DNA of 64,000 nucleotides. Source: a virus. Taxonomy: Duplodnaviria; Caudoviricetes. Made by a program: the position numbers and the translations under genes. The stretch lies in IMG/VR virus record IMGVR_UViG_3300011008_002712. The stretch is one strand, 5' to 3'. Below, in pieces: positions 18,008 through 28,929 of the stretch; position 1 is the stretch's first letter, and each line of letters opens with the position of its first letter. Below the pieces are notes generated by a model. That model saw nothing but the letters and a program-made list of their open reading frames with translations. It was not told the DNA's origin and searched no databases.

Positions 18008-18859
18008 TTAGTCTTTGACTACCAGTTCCTTATTGTCAATATAAAATTCTACAGTGTGGTCATTAAAGTCAACAAACTGATCAGGGGTAATTGCTTGTTT
18101 TGCAATATTATCACGAATTGTTGGCTCTAATCGTTTTGCAAGCTCTTCTATGGTAATAACATTTTCCATATCTGAAGCGACTCGTTTACCGTCCAAGAAC
18201 AACACGCACCAATCTTCTTGACCTTGTTCATGATAAGTGTGGTCATTCAAAATTGCATACATGCGCTCCTTAGGAATATTGATGTAGCTTGCGTATGTGT
18301 TCGTATTATTAAAATACAAACTTTGATTATAGTCAATTTCGACAGGAACCACTTTGTCATTGACAATATCAAAATAATACATACGTTGATCAATCGACAC
18401 GTATTCATAATGAGTCGGAAGATCATACGTAATATCATCCTTTGTTACTGTGATACGTACATTTTGCGAATCATTATAATTCTCATCGCAAAGGTTGATT
18501 GGTTTTTCGCCAGACAATTTTTCAATTGCAAGAGCACGTTTGTTCTTTTCTTCAAAATCTTTCAATGCATCAGAATTTTTCCAATCGCTCCACTTGCAGC
18601 GAGGTTGGAAGACATAATTTTCATCAATAGAAAATACTCTTTCAGACTCTTTTGTATCTTCTACCGTAATGAACAAATCATCTCTCCCGATAATAAAGCG
18701 TTCTACGCGCTTACGACCAGGACGATCATACATACGGGAAATAACATCTTTTCTCCCAACTTCTACTTGGCTAGGTTTTACATAATCACTCCCGTTCGGT
18801 TCGAGCATAGCATACCTAGTCCAAGCCTCAATATCAAGACGTGCCAAACGATTTAACAT
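18008..18859 (-). CDS. Hypothetical protein
   Basis: 283-aa ORF with GGAGG RBS. Confidence 0.75.
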   Translation of the reverse strand: MLNRLARLDIEAWTRYAMLEPNGSDYVKPSQVEVGRKDVISRMYDRPGRKRVERFIIGRDDLFITVEDTKESERVFSIDENYVFQPRCKWSDWKNSDALKDFEEKNKRALAIEKLSGEKPINLCDENYNDSQNVRITVTKDDITYDLPTHYEYVSIDQRMYYFDIVNDKVVPVEIDYNQSLYFNNTNTYASYINIPKERMYAILNDHTYHEQGQEDWCVLFLDGKRVASDMENVITIEELAKRLEPTIRDNIAKQAITPDQFVDFNDHTVEFYIDNKELVVKD

Positions 18860-18942
18860 GTTTATATTCCTCCATTTGTTTTTTTTATTATATTACTTAG
18901 AGAATGAAATGTACACATCTCCAAGCAATAAATTTGTTATTC

Positions 18943-20226
18943 TTATAAATGTTCAATGACATGATTGACTATATTAACTGGAATGTTATAAATTTTTGCG
19001 ATAATAACCGTTGAGTTATTATTTTTGAATAACGCTATAACATTATACGGTGTCAATATTTTCCTTGCATCATGAATCTTATCGATTGTTTGTTCAATAT
19101 CATGGATTTTATCTTGGTCGATACTGATGCCATACATAGCAATCTCAAACAAAGATTTTCCAGTAACGAAAGACAAGTCGTGCAAGTGTATATTATATTT
19201 TTCGCAAAATTCGTGTGCGTTATAAGATACTTTTTCTATTGGCTGGATTTGCCGAGTATCTTCTTTTATATCTTGTTCGTTGTTTTCAATAGAAACATAA
19301 TCAGTCTCTTCTTTTGTTTCCTCGTCATCATCTCCAAAACTAACATCATCAAGGCAAATATCATTAACTTCTTCATTATTTTCTGTAGGAATGTTGTCGA
19401 TTTCTTCTTGATCTTCATAATATTTTGAGAGAGCAAAAGAAGAAAATTTAGTTTTAATATTATACTTTTTTAAATTAAGCGTAATATTTTCTTCAAATGT
19501 GTCAAACAATTCACACAATTCTTTTAAAGAATATTTTTCTGAAATTGCATCTCGAAGTTCATTTTCATTGAGCCACTTGAAAGCTTTTATGGTTCTTCCA
19601 ATCCCTCTGCGATTAAGCAGTGATGCCAAACTGGCAGACGTGACATTAAGAGAGTTTGCAAAATCTTCTACCTTAGAATAATGTTTAAACATATCAATTA
19701 ACTTTTTACGAGACATAAAAAGTAAAGTGTTTTTACTACGACCTTCTTTAATGCCATGAGACTTCAAAAATTTATAAATATTGTTTTTACTGATATTAAA
19801 ATGCTCAGCAATTTCTCTTGGCTTGATTTCTGGATTTTCAAGAACAAACCGCCTGATTTCTTCTATTTTTTCATTGCTATAGCCTTTGCGAGTTGCTTTG
19901 TTTTCTTCGGCTTTTTTCTGCAATTCTTTAATTCTTTTCCAGTCATAATCATAAACACCATCATCATGACGGAATAAAAATTCTTGCTGGTTCTTTGAAT
20001 ACCATCTTCTTACTCCGGCTTGATTTGCAATGACAATAATATTGTCAACATTGCAATTGCTTAGATCTCCATCTTTGTGAATAACTCGCTCATTGTTTTT
20101 CAAAGTGCGATTAAGAATTTGTTGTGCAACAAGACGATGTTTCATGATTTTTCCGCTTGATTCTTCACACCCAGGCAAATTATAAGGAGCATCAGCATAC
20201 TTGTTTTTTCCTGTTACTATACGCAT
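18943..20226 (-). CDS. Degenerate HNH N-terminus plus multiple HTH-like repeats; probable DNA-binding protein
   Basis: HRLVAQQILNRTL...VIHKDGDLSNCNVDNI; REIAEHFNISKNNIYKFL. Confidence 0.6.
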   Translation of the reverse strand: MRIVTGKNKYADAPYNLPGCEESSGKIMKHRLVAQQILNRTLKNNERVIHKDGDLSNCNVDNIIVIANQAGVRRWYSKNQQEFLFRHDDGVYDYDWKRIKELQKKAEENKATRKGYSNEKIEEIRRFVLENPEIKPREIAEHFNISKNNIYKFLKSHGIKEGRSKNTLLFMSRKKLIDMFKHYSKVEDFANSLNVTSASLASLLNRRGIGRTIKAFKWLNENELRDAISEKYSLKELCELFDTFEENITLNLKKYNIKTKFSSFALSKYYEDQEEIDNIPTENNEEVNDICLDDVSFGDDDEETKEETDYVSIENNEQDIKEDTRQIQPIEKVSYNAHEFCEKYNIHLHDLSFVTGKSLFEIAMYGISIDQDKIHDIEQTIDKIHDARKILTPYNVIALFKNNNSTVIIAKIYNIPVNIVNHVIEHL

Positions 20227-20347
20227 ATAGACACCCTTTCCACTCTGTCAAATTCAAACCTATAATAATTCTAATATATTTCTAATTCTTTGTAAATAGC
20301 ATTTAAAAATATTTTTTTATTCAAGAAAAAGGGTGTCTTAGACACCC

Positions 20348-21064
20348 TTATAGTAAATCCATAAAATGTTCGGCAAAAGATTTTTTAGCTTGAATCAGTC
20401 TTTCATTATATGTATCGCTTCCATCATTTTTTTGGAATTCCGTAACATATTCATTGCATAACCAAGTTATATCGCGAAGAATAGTGTCCCACTCGCCCGC
20501 TGTTATATTATTAGGTACATGAGTGGTCGTTTTCCTATATTCGTCTAATAATTTTGGAATAACTGTTTTGATTAACTCAAAATCAATTGAATATAGCTCT
20601 GAATCACAAAATCCTTGTTCTTTTCGTTTCTTTAATGATTCTATTTGTTCTTTTTTATTTGCATCTGCTTGTATTAGAACTAACAATTTATCATTACTGT
20701 CAATAACATCATATAATCCATTACAAGAAGCTACCATTCTATCTTGCAACGCTTGACCATCAATCAAAACAACCTTTTTTCCATTATTGATAAATCTTTC
20801 AAGATTAAAAAGCATTTTTTTGGTTGTTTGATCTTCTACATTATAACGAATTACTTTGTTAATGTTTTTGACTTTCGCTTCTAAATCTGGATCAAGAAAA
20901 ACTGCTTGAAACAGCCCGAATCTTCTTAGAAACTTTTGTTTTTCTTTTCTGTCTAATTTTTCAAATAGTTTATATATCAGAAAGTTGTCTCTCTTCTTCT
21001 GGTTCTGATTCATTTGATTTTGATTTTTTTGATTTTTTTGGTTTGTCTCCTGTTTCATTTCCAT
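20348..21064 (-). CDS. Hypothetical protein with Q/N/K low-complexity N-terminus
   Basis: ORF track. Confidence 0.7.
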   Translation of the reverse strand: MEMKQETNQKNQKNQNQMNQNQKKRDNFLIYKLFEKLDRKEKQKFLRRFGLFQAVFLDPDLEAKVKNINKVIRYNVEDQTTKKMLFNLERFINNGKKVVLIDGQALQDRMVASCNGLYDVIDSNDKLLVLIQADANKKEQIESLKKRKEQGFCDSELYSIDFELIKTVIPKLLDEYRKTTTHVPNNITAGEWDTILRDITWLCNEYVTEFQKNDGSDTYNERLIQAKKSFAEHFMDLL

Positions 21065-21473
21065 TTTGAAATTCCTCTCTGATTTTCATCAATATTTTGC
21101 CAAGCTTATTGTCGCCATTCCCTTGACAAATTCCCCAGATAGTATCATTAGAATTATTCTCATTGATTAATTGTTCATTTCCAGTATCTAATAATTTTTG
21201 TTTTAAAACATCATCTGAGAATTTGATTTTATTGATTTCATACATAATATCTTCTTTTATAGATTCCCAATCACTTCTAAGCAATACTTTTCTTCCTCTA
21301 CGAATTGCTTCTGAAGGAAGAAGCCTAGTGAATTTTTTTCGTAATTGTTCTGAATCTGTTTTTTGAGCTTGAAAAGCAGACTCGGCATTTTTATATATTA
21401 ATCCATTATATTCTATCTGTTTGTCAAAAAAAGTACTTAGAAAAGCATATTTATCCTGAAAATTGCTGATCAT
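20970..21473 (-). CDS. NADAR (YbiA-like) family protein
   Basis: YAFLSTF...ESAFQAQK; RSDWESIKEDIM; KF...LKQKLLDTG; DTIWG...GDNKLGKILMKIRE. Confidence 0.9.
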   Translation of the reverse strand: MISNFQDKYAFLSTFFDKQIEYNGLIYKNAESAFQAQKTDSEQLRKKFTRLLPSEAIRRGRKVLLRSDWESIKEDIMYEINKIKFSDDVLKQKLLDTGNEQLINENNSNDTIWGICQGNGDNKLGKILMKIREEFQNGNETGDKPKKSKKSKSNESEPEEERQLSDI

Positions 21474-21477
21474 TTTT

Positions 21478-22071
21478 TCACTCCCTTTTTTCTTCTAAAT
21501 AAGTAGCTGCAATATCTGACATATGCAACAACGTGACAAGCTTAAATTTTTCCATGGCATTACTAAGTGCAGTTTTTCCTTGATAATCCATACAACGTAT
21601 ATCAAATCCACCCATATGCCAATTTATGGCTAAAATTTCTTCCATAGATAATTTTATAAACTGCTGAGCAATGATAACAGACTTCTCTCCATGACCAGCT
21701 GGAAATGTATCATTTATTGTATAAACATCAACTTCTTCCCATACGCCATTGATTTTTTTGTTTCTTTTTTCTAATACATAAAAACTTGTTTTGCATATAT
21801 CATGCAACAAAGATGTTATGATAATAGAATTTGTATTTATGCTTTTTTCTAAATCATAAATATCTGCTAATTTAATTAGATTATGATATACATTCAAACT
21901 ATGAAAAAGGAGCCCATGCTTAAACGAAGAATGATATTTGCTCGAAGATGGAGCGTCAAAAAAATCATTTTTCTCTAAAAAGCTAATGAGCCCTTCTATG
22001 TTTTTTCTCTCTGTTGAAACCAACAATTCAATGTATTCTTTTTTGGCTATAAGAAATTCTTCCTGAGTCAT
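21478..22071 (-). CDS. HD-domain phosphohydrolase
   Basis: DFFDAPSSSKYH; GLLFHSLNVY; LLHDICK; GHGEKS; AINWHMG. Confidence 0.88.
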   Translation of the reverse strand: MTQEEFLIAKKEYIELLVSTERKNIEGLISFLEKNDFFDAPSSSKYHSSFKHGLLFHSLNVYHNLIKLADIYDLEKSINTNSIIITSLLHDICKTSFYVLEKRNKKINGVWEEVDVYTINDTFPAGHGEKSVIIAQQFIKLSMEEILAINWHMGGFDIRCMDYQGKTALSNAMEKFKLVTLLHMSDIAATYLEEKRE

Positions 22072-22088
22072 TTTTTAAAAATCCTTTC

Positions 22089-22367
22089 TTAAAAACTAAT
22101 TCTTATTTTATTTATTAACACATAATCATCATAAAACTCATAAATTTTTTTATTCAAATGAATTGGCCGGTGGGTACGCCTTAATTCATCTGGTAAAAAT
22201 ATAGATTTTTTGAATGGAAGTTTGATAATAATTTTATTTCTCGATGCGTCATACCAAACACATTTATCGATTTTTACTAAAGTAACGCGCGCTGGACTTT
22301 GTTTTAAATATATATACGTTATAAATACTATTGTACTTAACGCAATAATCTCTAAAATAAAAATCAC
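22089..22367 (-). CDS. Small membrane-anchored hypothetical protein
   Basis: N-terminal hydrophobic helix. Confidence 0.5.
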   Translation of the reverse strand: MIFILEIIALSTIVFITYIYLKQSPARVTLVKIDKCVWYDASRNKIIIKLPFKKSIFLPDELRRTHRPIHLNKKIYEFYDDYVLINKIRISF

Positions 22368-22429
22368 CCCTGCATTAGCATTGACTAGGAAGAAAAATAT
22401 GGAGGATAAAGTGACATCCTCCTATCTAA

Positions 22430-22828
22430 TTAATATTGTTTTATCGCTCTTATTATATCCTTAACAACAACTTCATATTCAAAGCATGACATTAGCAGTT
22501 CTTCGTTAAAAGAAACAACATTTTCTTTTAGCATTTTTATTTTGTTATACATGTCTTTATTATATTTTTCAAAAGCTTTTTTTCTTGCAATTGTTTTTCC
22601 AGTTTCTATAGAAAAATCATTAGTTTCATCTTGATTATATTTTGCTATTCCAACATATTCTTTTTTCAAAAGAAGCTTTTCTGGTGATACGATTAAAGAA
22701 TTATTTGGTATATTATTTAATTTATTGGAAAAAAGTTTTAATGCATTTTTTTCTATCTCATCTCCAGAAATAATGCACTTAATTTGTTTAGTTTCTTCAT
22801 TGATTTCATAACTAATCATAATTTTCAC
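22430..22828 (-). CDS. Hypothetical protein sharing a domain with 52659..53489
   Basis: YVGIAKYNQDETNDFSIETGKTIA. Confidence 0.7.
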   Translation of the reverse strand: MKIMISYEINEETKQIKCIISGDEIEKNALKLFSNKLNNIPNNSLIVSPEKLLLKKEYVGIAKYNQDETNDFSIETGKTIARKKAFEKYNKDMYNKIKMLKENVVSFNEELLMSCFEYEVVVKDIIRAIKQY

Positions 22829-23008
22829 CTCTATTCTATTTTTATAAAAACCAACATATATAGTAATAAAAAAAATACATAATGCAATGTGTTTTTCTAA
22901 TAAAAACTATTTACATGAACAAAAAAACAAGTTAAAATTAATCTAATTCTACAAAAAGAGAAGTTCAACCAAAATTTTTGCTACTAATAAATATAGGGAG
23001 GGAGGCAT

Positions 23009-23677
23009 TTGGACGAGTTCGAAGATCGCATAGATTATGGTATTAATTACGTAAGAAATACAATAATAGGATTATCAATGAAACACAAACCTGTTATTGT
23101 ATCTGGCATTTACGTATACGATCCAGAATTAAGTTATTCTACATTTCTTAATATCAAACCATATAAGAGAGTAGAGGGCAAGACAATAGTAACAAAAACC
23201 ATATGCAATCATATTAGTGTATGGGATGAATATGTTATTCCTTATTTTGATTTTCAACCAGATCATAATAAACATCATTTTTATTTGATATGTGAAGCAT
23301 ATACTTATCAATCAAACGGAATAACAAGAGGAGGACTAAGGCCAACAGATCAATTGAAGGTTAATCCAATTATTCCATTTTCAGAAGAATACAAACTTCA
23401 TGACATACCACAAGATAAATATATAGATTTTTTTGATTTTGCTGATGGAAAATATGCTTGGATATTTGGAGAACAATTTATAGACAAAAAATTGATCAAA
23501 AAAGAAAAAAAGCATTTAAAGAAAAAACAAAAAACAGTTGATAAACCAGAAATAACATTGAATACGTTGAGCAACGGAGTAGTTATACCAGAATATCCAT
23601 TACACGTCAATAAACATTCTACTAAATACAAAAAAGCATTCCAAACATTGAGCAGCGAATGGATTATGAATAACTAA
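23009..23677 (+). CDS. Hypothetical protein
   Basis: GGAGG RBS before TTG start; upstream TTTACA-N17-TAAAAT. Confidence 0.7.
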   Translation: MDEFEDRIDYGINYVRNTIIGLSMKHKPVIVSGIYVYDPELSYSTFLNIKPYKRVEGKTIVTKTICNHISVWDEYVIPYFDFQPDHNKHHFYLICEAYTYQSNGITRGGLRPTDQLKVNPIIPFSEEYKLHDIPQDKYIDFFDFADGKYAWIFGEQFIDKKLIKKEKKHLKKKQKTVDKPEITLNTLSNGVVIPEYPLHVNKHSTKYKKAFQTLSSEWIMNN

Positions 23678-23694
23678 AAATTTTAAATTTGCTA

Positions 23695-23723
23695 TTTACA
23701 TAAGTCATTGAATGTGTTATAAT
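23695..23723 (+). promoter_or_regulatory. Promoter TTTACA-N17-TATAAT (TG-extended) at the head of the AAA/VWA operon
   Basis: Hexamers with a 17-nt spacer. Confidence 0.75.
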
Positions 23724-23754
23724 GTAAACAGGTAGAAGAAAGGTGGTTTGCTTA

Positions 23755-24978
23755 ATGGCAAAAAAAGAAGAGAATAAGAATTATTTTTCGGTAACCCCTG
23801 GTGAAATGATCAATTTGTTTGTTGACATGTATAAAGGCGATTTTTCCAGGCAGCCTACTAAAATGCTTTGGGGCCAGCCTGGTGTTGGGAAGTCGCAAGC
23901 TGTAAGGCAATTGGCTGTTCGTCTTGAGCAGGAAACCAGAAAAAAGGTAGAAGTGCATCTCGTTTCTCTTCTCCTTATGAATCCGATTGATTTACGTGGT
24001 ATTCCTTCAAAGGCGCAAGACAAAAATGGAAACGAAGTGACTCGTTGGCTTCAGCCTGAAATTTTCCAGATGGATGACTCAAAGAATAAAATCCATATCT
24101 TGTTCTTGGATGAGATTTCCGCGGCAGTGCCAAGTGTTCAAGCAGCGGCATATCAGATTGCTCTTGACCGTCGAATTGGAGAATTTCAGCTTCCGGATAA
24201 TTGCTTTGTGATTTGTGCAGGCAATCGAGTCACAGACAAGGCAGTGGCATATACAATGCCAAAACCACTTGCAAACAGAATGACACATTTTGAAGTTGTT
24301 TCTAATATTGACGACTGGAAAGTCTGGGCCTATAAAAATGGCCTTGAGGCATTGATTATTGGTTATCTTGATTCTCAGCCGGACGATTTGAACGATTTCA
24401 ATTCTGACAATGACGATGTTGCATTCGCTACGCCGCGCAGCTGGGAAATGGTAGATGTATACTGCAAGACTGCGAATTTGATCGAATTGCTCGACGAAGT
24501 CAACAATGCTGAAAAAAATAAAGTGCATGATTCTCCTGCACATAAAAAGATGAATGCACTTTTCAAACTGATAGCTGGTTCTGTCGGAATGGGCATTGCA
24601 TTGAAATTTCGTCAGTATTTGAAAGTATATCGCTTTTTGCCCAAGTTTGATGATATTGCATCTGGCAGAATAACCGAGGTTGATAAGAGCCTGGCTGATA
24701 GGCTTGACATTCTTCACGCATTGAGTGCCATGATAGCTTCGCGTGTAACAGAATACAGTCGTGAAGGAAAAGGCACATGGGTTAGATCTGATGCGCGTAT
24801 TAAGGCAAACAAATACCTTAATAACGTCGGTAGATATATTGGTTCTTTGCCAAATACTGAATTCAAAGCTTGGGTGATGTCAGACATTTTTGCTGGTATC
24901 GATCCAGACTTTAAGCAGATTTTGGTAAAAAATGAATCGTTCATCAGCTCTTATGACGCAGTAGCACAATTCATTTAA
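23755..24978 (+). CDS. MoxR/dynein-related AAA+ ATPase
   Basis: Walker A GQPGVGKS; DLRGIP; LFLDE; AGNR; LANRMTH; ATPRSWE. Confidence 0.9.
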   Translation: MAKKEENKNYFSVTPGEMINLFVDMYKGDFSRQPTKMLWGQPGVGKSQAVRQLAVRLEQETRKKVEVHLVSLLLMNPIDLRGIPSKAQDKNGNEVTRWLQPEIFQMDDSKNKIHILFLDEISAAVPSVQAAAYQIALDRRIGEFQLPDNCFVICAGNRVTDKAVAYTMPKPLANRMTHFEVVSNIDDWKVWAYKNGLEALIIGYLDSQPDDLNDFNSDNDDVAFATPRSWEMVDVYCKTANLIELLDEVNNAEKNKVHDSPAHKKMNALFKLIAGSVGMGIALKFRQYLKVYRFLPKFDDIASGRITEVDKSLADRLDILHALSAMIASRVTEYSREGKGTWVRSDARIKANKYLNNVGRYIGSLPNTEFKAWVMSDIFAGIDPDFKQILVKNESFISSYDAVAQFI

Positions 24979-25023
24979 AATGAGGAGGGAGACTATCTCC
25001 CTCCTTTCATAGAAAGGAAGTTT

Positions 25024-26436
25024 ATGACTAAAAAAATTTCAGCTCAAGAAAAAATGTCAGCTTCTCGTACCAATATTATTCTTAACTTTGGATTTTTTTC
25101 TAGTCTTCTAATGCATCTCAATGTTCGTATGGGCAATGAAATGATGGAAGAAATTGGAATGCCAACCATGGCTACTGATGGTGAAGAAATTATTTATCAT
25201 GAAGAATTCGTAAACAAGTGTACAATATCACAAGTTAATTTTGTAATTCTTCATGAAATTCTTCATGTTGCTCTTGCTCACATGTGGCGCAGGAATAATA
25301 GAAATCCAGAATTATGGAATATGGCATGCGATTTTGTTGTAAACAACGCCTTGAATGAAGTAGTTCAAAGTTATCAGCAAAATAAAAAGAAGAATGAATT
25401 ACGCGAAAATGAACGCGTTGAAATGCCAAAAGATGTTTTGTATGATAAAGCATTTGCAGAAATGTCAGCAGAGGAAGTATATCAATACTTAGAAAAAAAT
25501 GCAAAACAAATCTCTCAACCGCAAGTGCAAATACAAACTACTAGTAGTTCTCAGCAACAATCATCTGGCGGTGGCTTTCATGCAAACGGAAAAGGAAGAA
25601 GGAAACCAGATAATAATAACAACAAAACTACTGGTAGTTCTAACAAATCCCAGAAGCCACAAGGTCCGCAAGGTCAATCTGGTGGAAAGACATACCAGAT
25701 AAATGGAAAAAATTATAAATCTCCATCAAATCATAAATTGTGGGATAAAGCAGATAAATCAGATCAATCCACAAAAAATGAAAAACAAATGGAGTGGGGC
25801 TCAAATCTCATGCAAGCTGCGGAAGATTTGAAGCGTAGAGGATTCGACCCATCATCTCTAAAGCTTCATATCAATGCTCTTATAAAGCCTCAAAAAAATT
25901 GGAAAGCTTTGCTGAGAGATTTCATTGAAGAAGAAATCAATGATTATTCTTTTGCTCCACCAGATCGTAGATATGATTTCGGCGGGATCATGTTGCCAGA
26001 TTTCAACGATAAACAAGAATCGGTAAAAGATTTGTTGTTCTTTGTAGATACTTCTGGCTCAATGTCTGCGGAAGAAATAACAATATGTTATTCCGAAATA
26101 CAAGGTGCCATAAATCAATTCAAAAAAAGATTGCATGGTATTCTTCACTTTTTTGACTTTGATGTCAAAAAGAAAACATACAATTTCGACGATGTATATG
26201 GAGACCTATCAAAGATTATCCCGGTTGGTGGCGGAGGAACAAGCTTTGAAGCTGTCTTTAAATATGTCAACGCAAATAGAAAAAAATACAATAACGTAAA
26301 GGGCATCATTATCATGACAGATGGCGAATGCCCGTATCCAAATGAAAAAATTACTAAAGGCACGCCAGTGCTTTGGATATTTACAACAAGAGGAAATGAA
26401 CCTCCATTCGGAAGGTATACTACTCTGAAACTTTAA
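25024..26436 (+). CDS. DUF2201-type metallopeptidase plus VWA domain protein
   Basis: TMATDG; HEILH (HExxH); WNMACD; MIDAS DTSGS; GGGGTSF; TDG. Confidence 0.88.
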   Translation: MTKKISAQEKMSASRTNIILNFGFFSSLLMHLNVRMGNEMMEEIGMPTMATDGEEIIYHEEFVNKCTISQVNFVILHEILHVALAHMWRRNNRNPELWNMACDFVVNNALNEVVQSYQQNKKKNELRENERVEMPKDVLYDKAFAEMSAEEVYQYLEKNAKQISQPQVQIQTTSSSQQQSSGGGFHANGKGRRKPDNNNNKTTGSSNKSQKPQGPQGQSGGKTYQINGKNYKSPSNHKLWDKADKSDQSTKNEKQMEWGSNLMQAAEDLKRRGFDPSSLKLHINALIKPQKNWKALLRDFIEEEINDYSFAPPDRRYDFGGIMLPDFNDKQESVKDLLFFVDTSGSMSAEEITICYSEIQGAINQFKKRLHGILHFFDFDVKKKTYNFDDVYGDLSKIIPVGGGGTSFEAVFKYVNANRKKYNNVKGIIIMTDGECPYPNEKITKGTPVLWIFTTRGNEPPFGRYTTLKL

Positions 26437-26459
26437 CGTGTGGAAAGCCGCTAGTAATT

Positions 26460-26870
26460 TTGCTAGCGGCTATTTATAAATTTAAAAAAAGGAGATGTAA
26501 AAAAATGAATGAAGAACTTAAAATGAAAAGAAAAGAAGAAGGCAAGCGCAGAGCTTTAGAATATCTAAAGCAATGCATCGACGCAAATGGGACATTGAAT
26601 ATAACCAATTTTAGAAATTTGCATCGCGCTGAATATGAAAAATTGGCTAGTTATTTTGGTTCTGTTGACAATGCAGTTGCAGAGGCTGGCGCTATAAAAA
26701 TTACAACGCAAAAAAATACGCCAACAGTAATGCAAAGACTTGCATATGATTATATTCGTGAGCAAATAAAAACAAAATCAATTGCAGAACTGGCAAGGAA
26801 ATACAATGTATCTAGAGCAACATTAAATCAGTTGTTTAAAAGACTACAAAATGTTATCGAAAACGAATGA
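26460..26870 (+). CDS. HTH DNA-binding protein (probable start MNEELK)
   Basis: SIAELARKYNVSRATLNQL. Confidence 0.7.
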   Translation: MLAAIYKFKKRRCKKMNEELKMKRKEEGKRRALEYLKQCIDANGTLNITNFRNLHRAEYEKLASYFGSVDNAVAEAGAIKITTQKNTPTVMQRLAYDYIREQIKTKSIAELARKYNVSRATLNQLFKRLQNVIENE

Positions 26871-26897
26871 ACTGCACTCATTGAGGAGAACGAAGTA

Positions 26898-27614
26898 ATG
26901 GCCAAGAAAATTATTTTAGGTTCAGTCAATCTAGAACATGTTAGCAGTAATTATGAATGGTACTCAATTGTAACCAATTATAATATGGAAGAGCAATATG
27001 TTGAAAATATTATGAATGCTGTATCTGGAACACAATTTGAATCTCAAATAGCCGAATATTACATTCCAATAAAATACATATTGACTAACCCAGATAAAGT
27101 TGCAACAGAAAATGCAAAGCCAAAAATCAAAAAAGAAAAAGGTTGCTATGCAAGCTATGTATTTATCAAATGTAAAATGGATGAAGGACTTTGGACTTTA
27201 TTGAGAACAACAACGGGTGCAAGTGTTATCATTACTATTGGCGGAATTCCAGTTTCAGTGTCAGACGAAGAAATCAATAATATTAAAATTAATCAAGTAC
27301 CAACATCTTTTGGGGTTGAAAAATCTGTGCAATTATTAGCACAACAATATAAGAAATTTGTTAAGATTATTCCTGGAATAAATGATGATCATCCAGAAAA
27401 TTGTCCAGAACCAGATCTGGAAAAAATAGAATATTGGTTTAAACAAGCGAGAAGAAAAACAAAGAAATTTCTTGAAAAAGAAAGAAAAAAAGAGCTTAAA
27501 AATAATGATTTAGAATTACAAACCACGAATAATGATAAAATAACAAAAGCACATTCAAATCAAATAGATACAAAACAAACATGGGAAAATGCAAAAAATA
27601 AATTCTACAAATAA
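26898..27614 (+). CDS. NusG-family N-terminal (NGN) domain protein
   Basis: WYSIVT...EEQ; YYIP; YASYVFIKCKMDEGLWTLLRTTTG; PVSVSDEEINNI. Confidence 0.75.
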   Translation: MAKKIILGSVNLEHVSSNYEWYSIVTNYNMEEQYVENIMNAVSGTQFESQIAEYYIPIKYILTNPDKVATENAKPKIKKEKGCYASYVFIKCKMDEGLWTLLRTTTGASVIITIGGIPVSVSDEEINNIKINQVPTSFGVEKSVQLLAQQYKKFVKIIPGINDDHPENCPEPDLEKIEYWFKQARRKTKKFLEKERKKELKNNDLELQTTNNDKITKAHSNQIDTKQTWENAKNKFYK

Positions 27615-27623
27615 AAGGAGGTA

Positions 27624-28925
27624 TTGAAAATGGCATCATTATACGTTGAGTCAAACGAAGAAAATTTTTCTTATGTTATCAATAAAAATCCAGCCTCTGG
27701 AATGTCAGCGAAAAGAATAAAAAAAGGATATATGTTTGGCTATTTTTCAAATGAAAATAGATATAATATAGTATTTTTCGACGGAGCAGATGAGATTAGT
27801 TTTTCTGATAGAATTAAACAAGAGTTTGAATATCTTGATTATACAAGATATAATTCTCCGTTATTTGTGTTTAGCACATTAAAAGCATTTTTTCATAGCT
27901 CTATCAATAGCCCAAATGAGTTTGATCATCCAGGGAAATATTTGCTTAAGATTACATCAATCAAAATCAAAAAATTCGCACTTTTTGAAAAATTCAAAGA
28001 ATATTTTAAAGATTCGTTCTCTATTCAAACAGAACGTATACCTCACGAACATGACAATGAAGAATATAATAAATATTATAATAATTATACATTAACACTT
28101 TCCGTTGAAAACAAAACATTTTATGAATTGATTAATTTTACATATGTTTTGTCTTTTTTCTTTATCATTATGAATCGGATTGAATTTGACATTAATTTAG
28201 ATATTATTAAAAAGGTAATTAAATCTGCTAATATTATAGAATCTCCATACTATATTAAATATCTAATCAAATTTTTCGCAATCAAAAGAACCGAAGATTT
28301 CTCTAAAGTAAAAGATGAATTGAATAAAGACAATCATCATGTTTTAAATATCAAGCCATATTCTAATTTTGACGCTAGATATGCAGATATTACAAACCAG
28401 CTAATTGGCAATAAAAATATAGTTGATGTTGGATGTGGTGAAGGCAATTATCTAAAAGTAGCAGAAAAAATTAATAATACCTATTATGCCATTGATATTG
28501 ATGAAGAAAAAAGAAATATTATCAAGAAAAAAGTTGATTGTTACAAACTTGAAAATGTTTCAATTTTAGATTCTGTTGAATCTTTTTTCAAACAAGATGC
28601 AGATGATTATATTGTTTTGATGAGCGAAGTGATAGAGCATAATGAATTAAACGATGTTACATCAATGATAAAAATGTTTTTCAATGATGAAAATTGCAAA
28701 AAAATTATCATCACAACACCCAACAAAGATTTCAATCAATTCTATCTTTTGAAAGATAATGAAACCAGATATAGTGATCATAAGTTTGAATTCACCGAAC
28801 AAGAAGCAATTTCATATTTTACTGATATAGCTAAAAACACTCCATTCAAACTAACAATCAGACATCTTGGAGATGAAGTAGATAATATTCCTACAACATT
28901 AATGATTATTTTTACTGCGGGGTGA
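27624..28925 (+). CDS. hen1: Hen1-type RNA 2'-O-methyltransferase
   Basis: SYVINKNP N-terminus; VDVGCGEG; EVIEH; TTPNKDFN; RYSDHKFEFT. Confidence 0.88.
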   Translation: MKMASLYVESNEENFSYVINKNPASGMSAKRIKKGYMFGYFSNENRYNIVFFDGADEISFSDRIKQEFEYLDYTRYNSPLFVFSTLKAFFHSSINSPNEFDHPGKYLLKITSIKIKKFALFEKFKEYFKDSFSIQTERIPHEHDNEEYNKYYNNYTLTLSVENKTFYELINFTYVLSFFFIIMNRIEFDINLDIIKKVIKSANIIESPYYIKYLIKFFAIKRTEDFSKVKDELNKDNHHVLNIKPYSNFDARYADITNQLIGNKNIVDVGCGEGNYLKVAEKINNTYYAIDIDEEKRNIIKKKVDCYKLENVSILDSVESFFKQDADDYIVLMSEVIEHNELNDVTSMIKMFFNDENCKKIIITTPNKDFNQFYLLKDNETRYSDHKFEFTEQEAISYFTDIAKNTPFKLTIRHLGDEVDNIPTTLMIIFTAG

Positions 28926-28929
28926 TACT

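Noticed and set aside
18218-24717. Long antisense ORFs 18218..18856 and 24079..24717
   Set aside because: In-register shadows of well-supported genes with biased codon usage; no RBS or recognisable motifs
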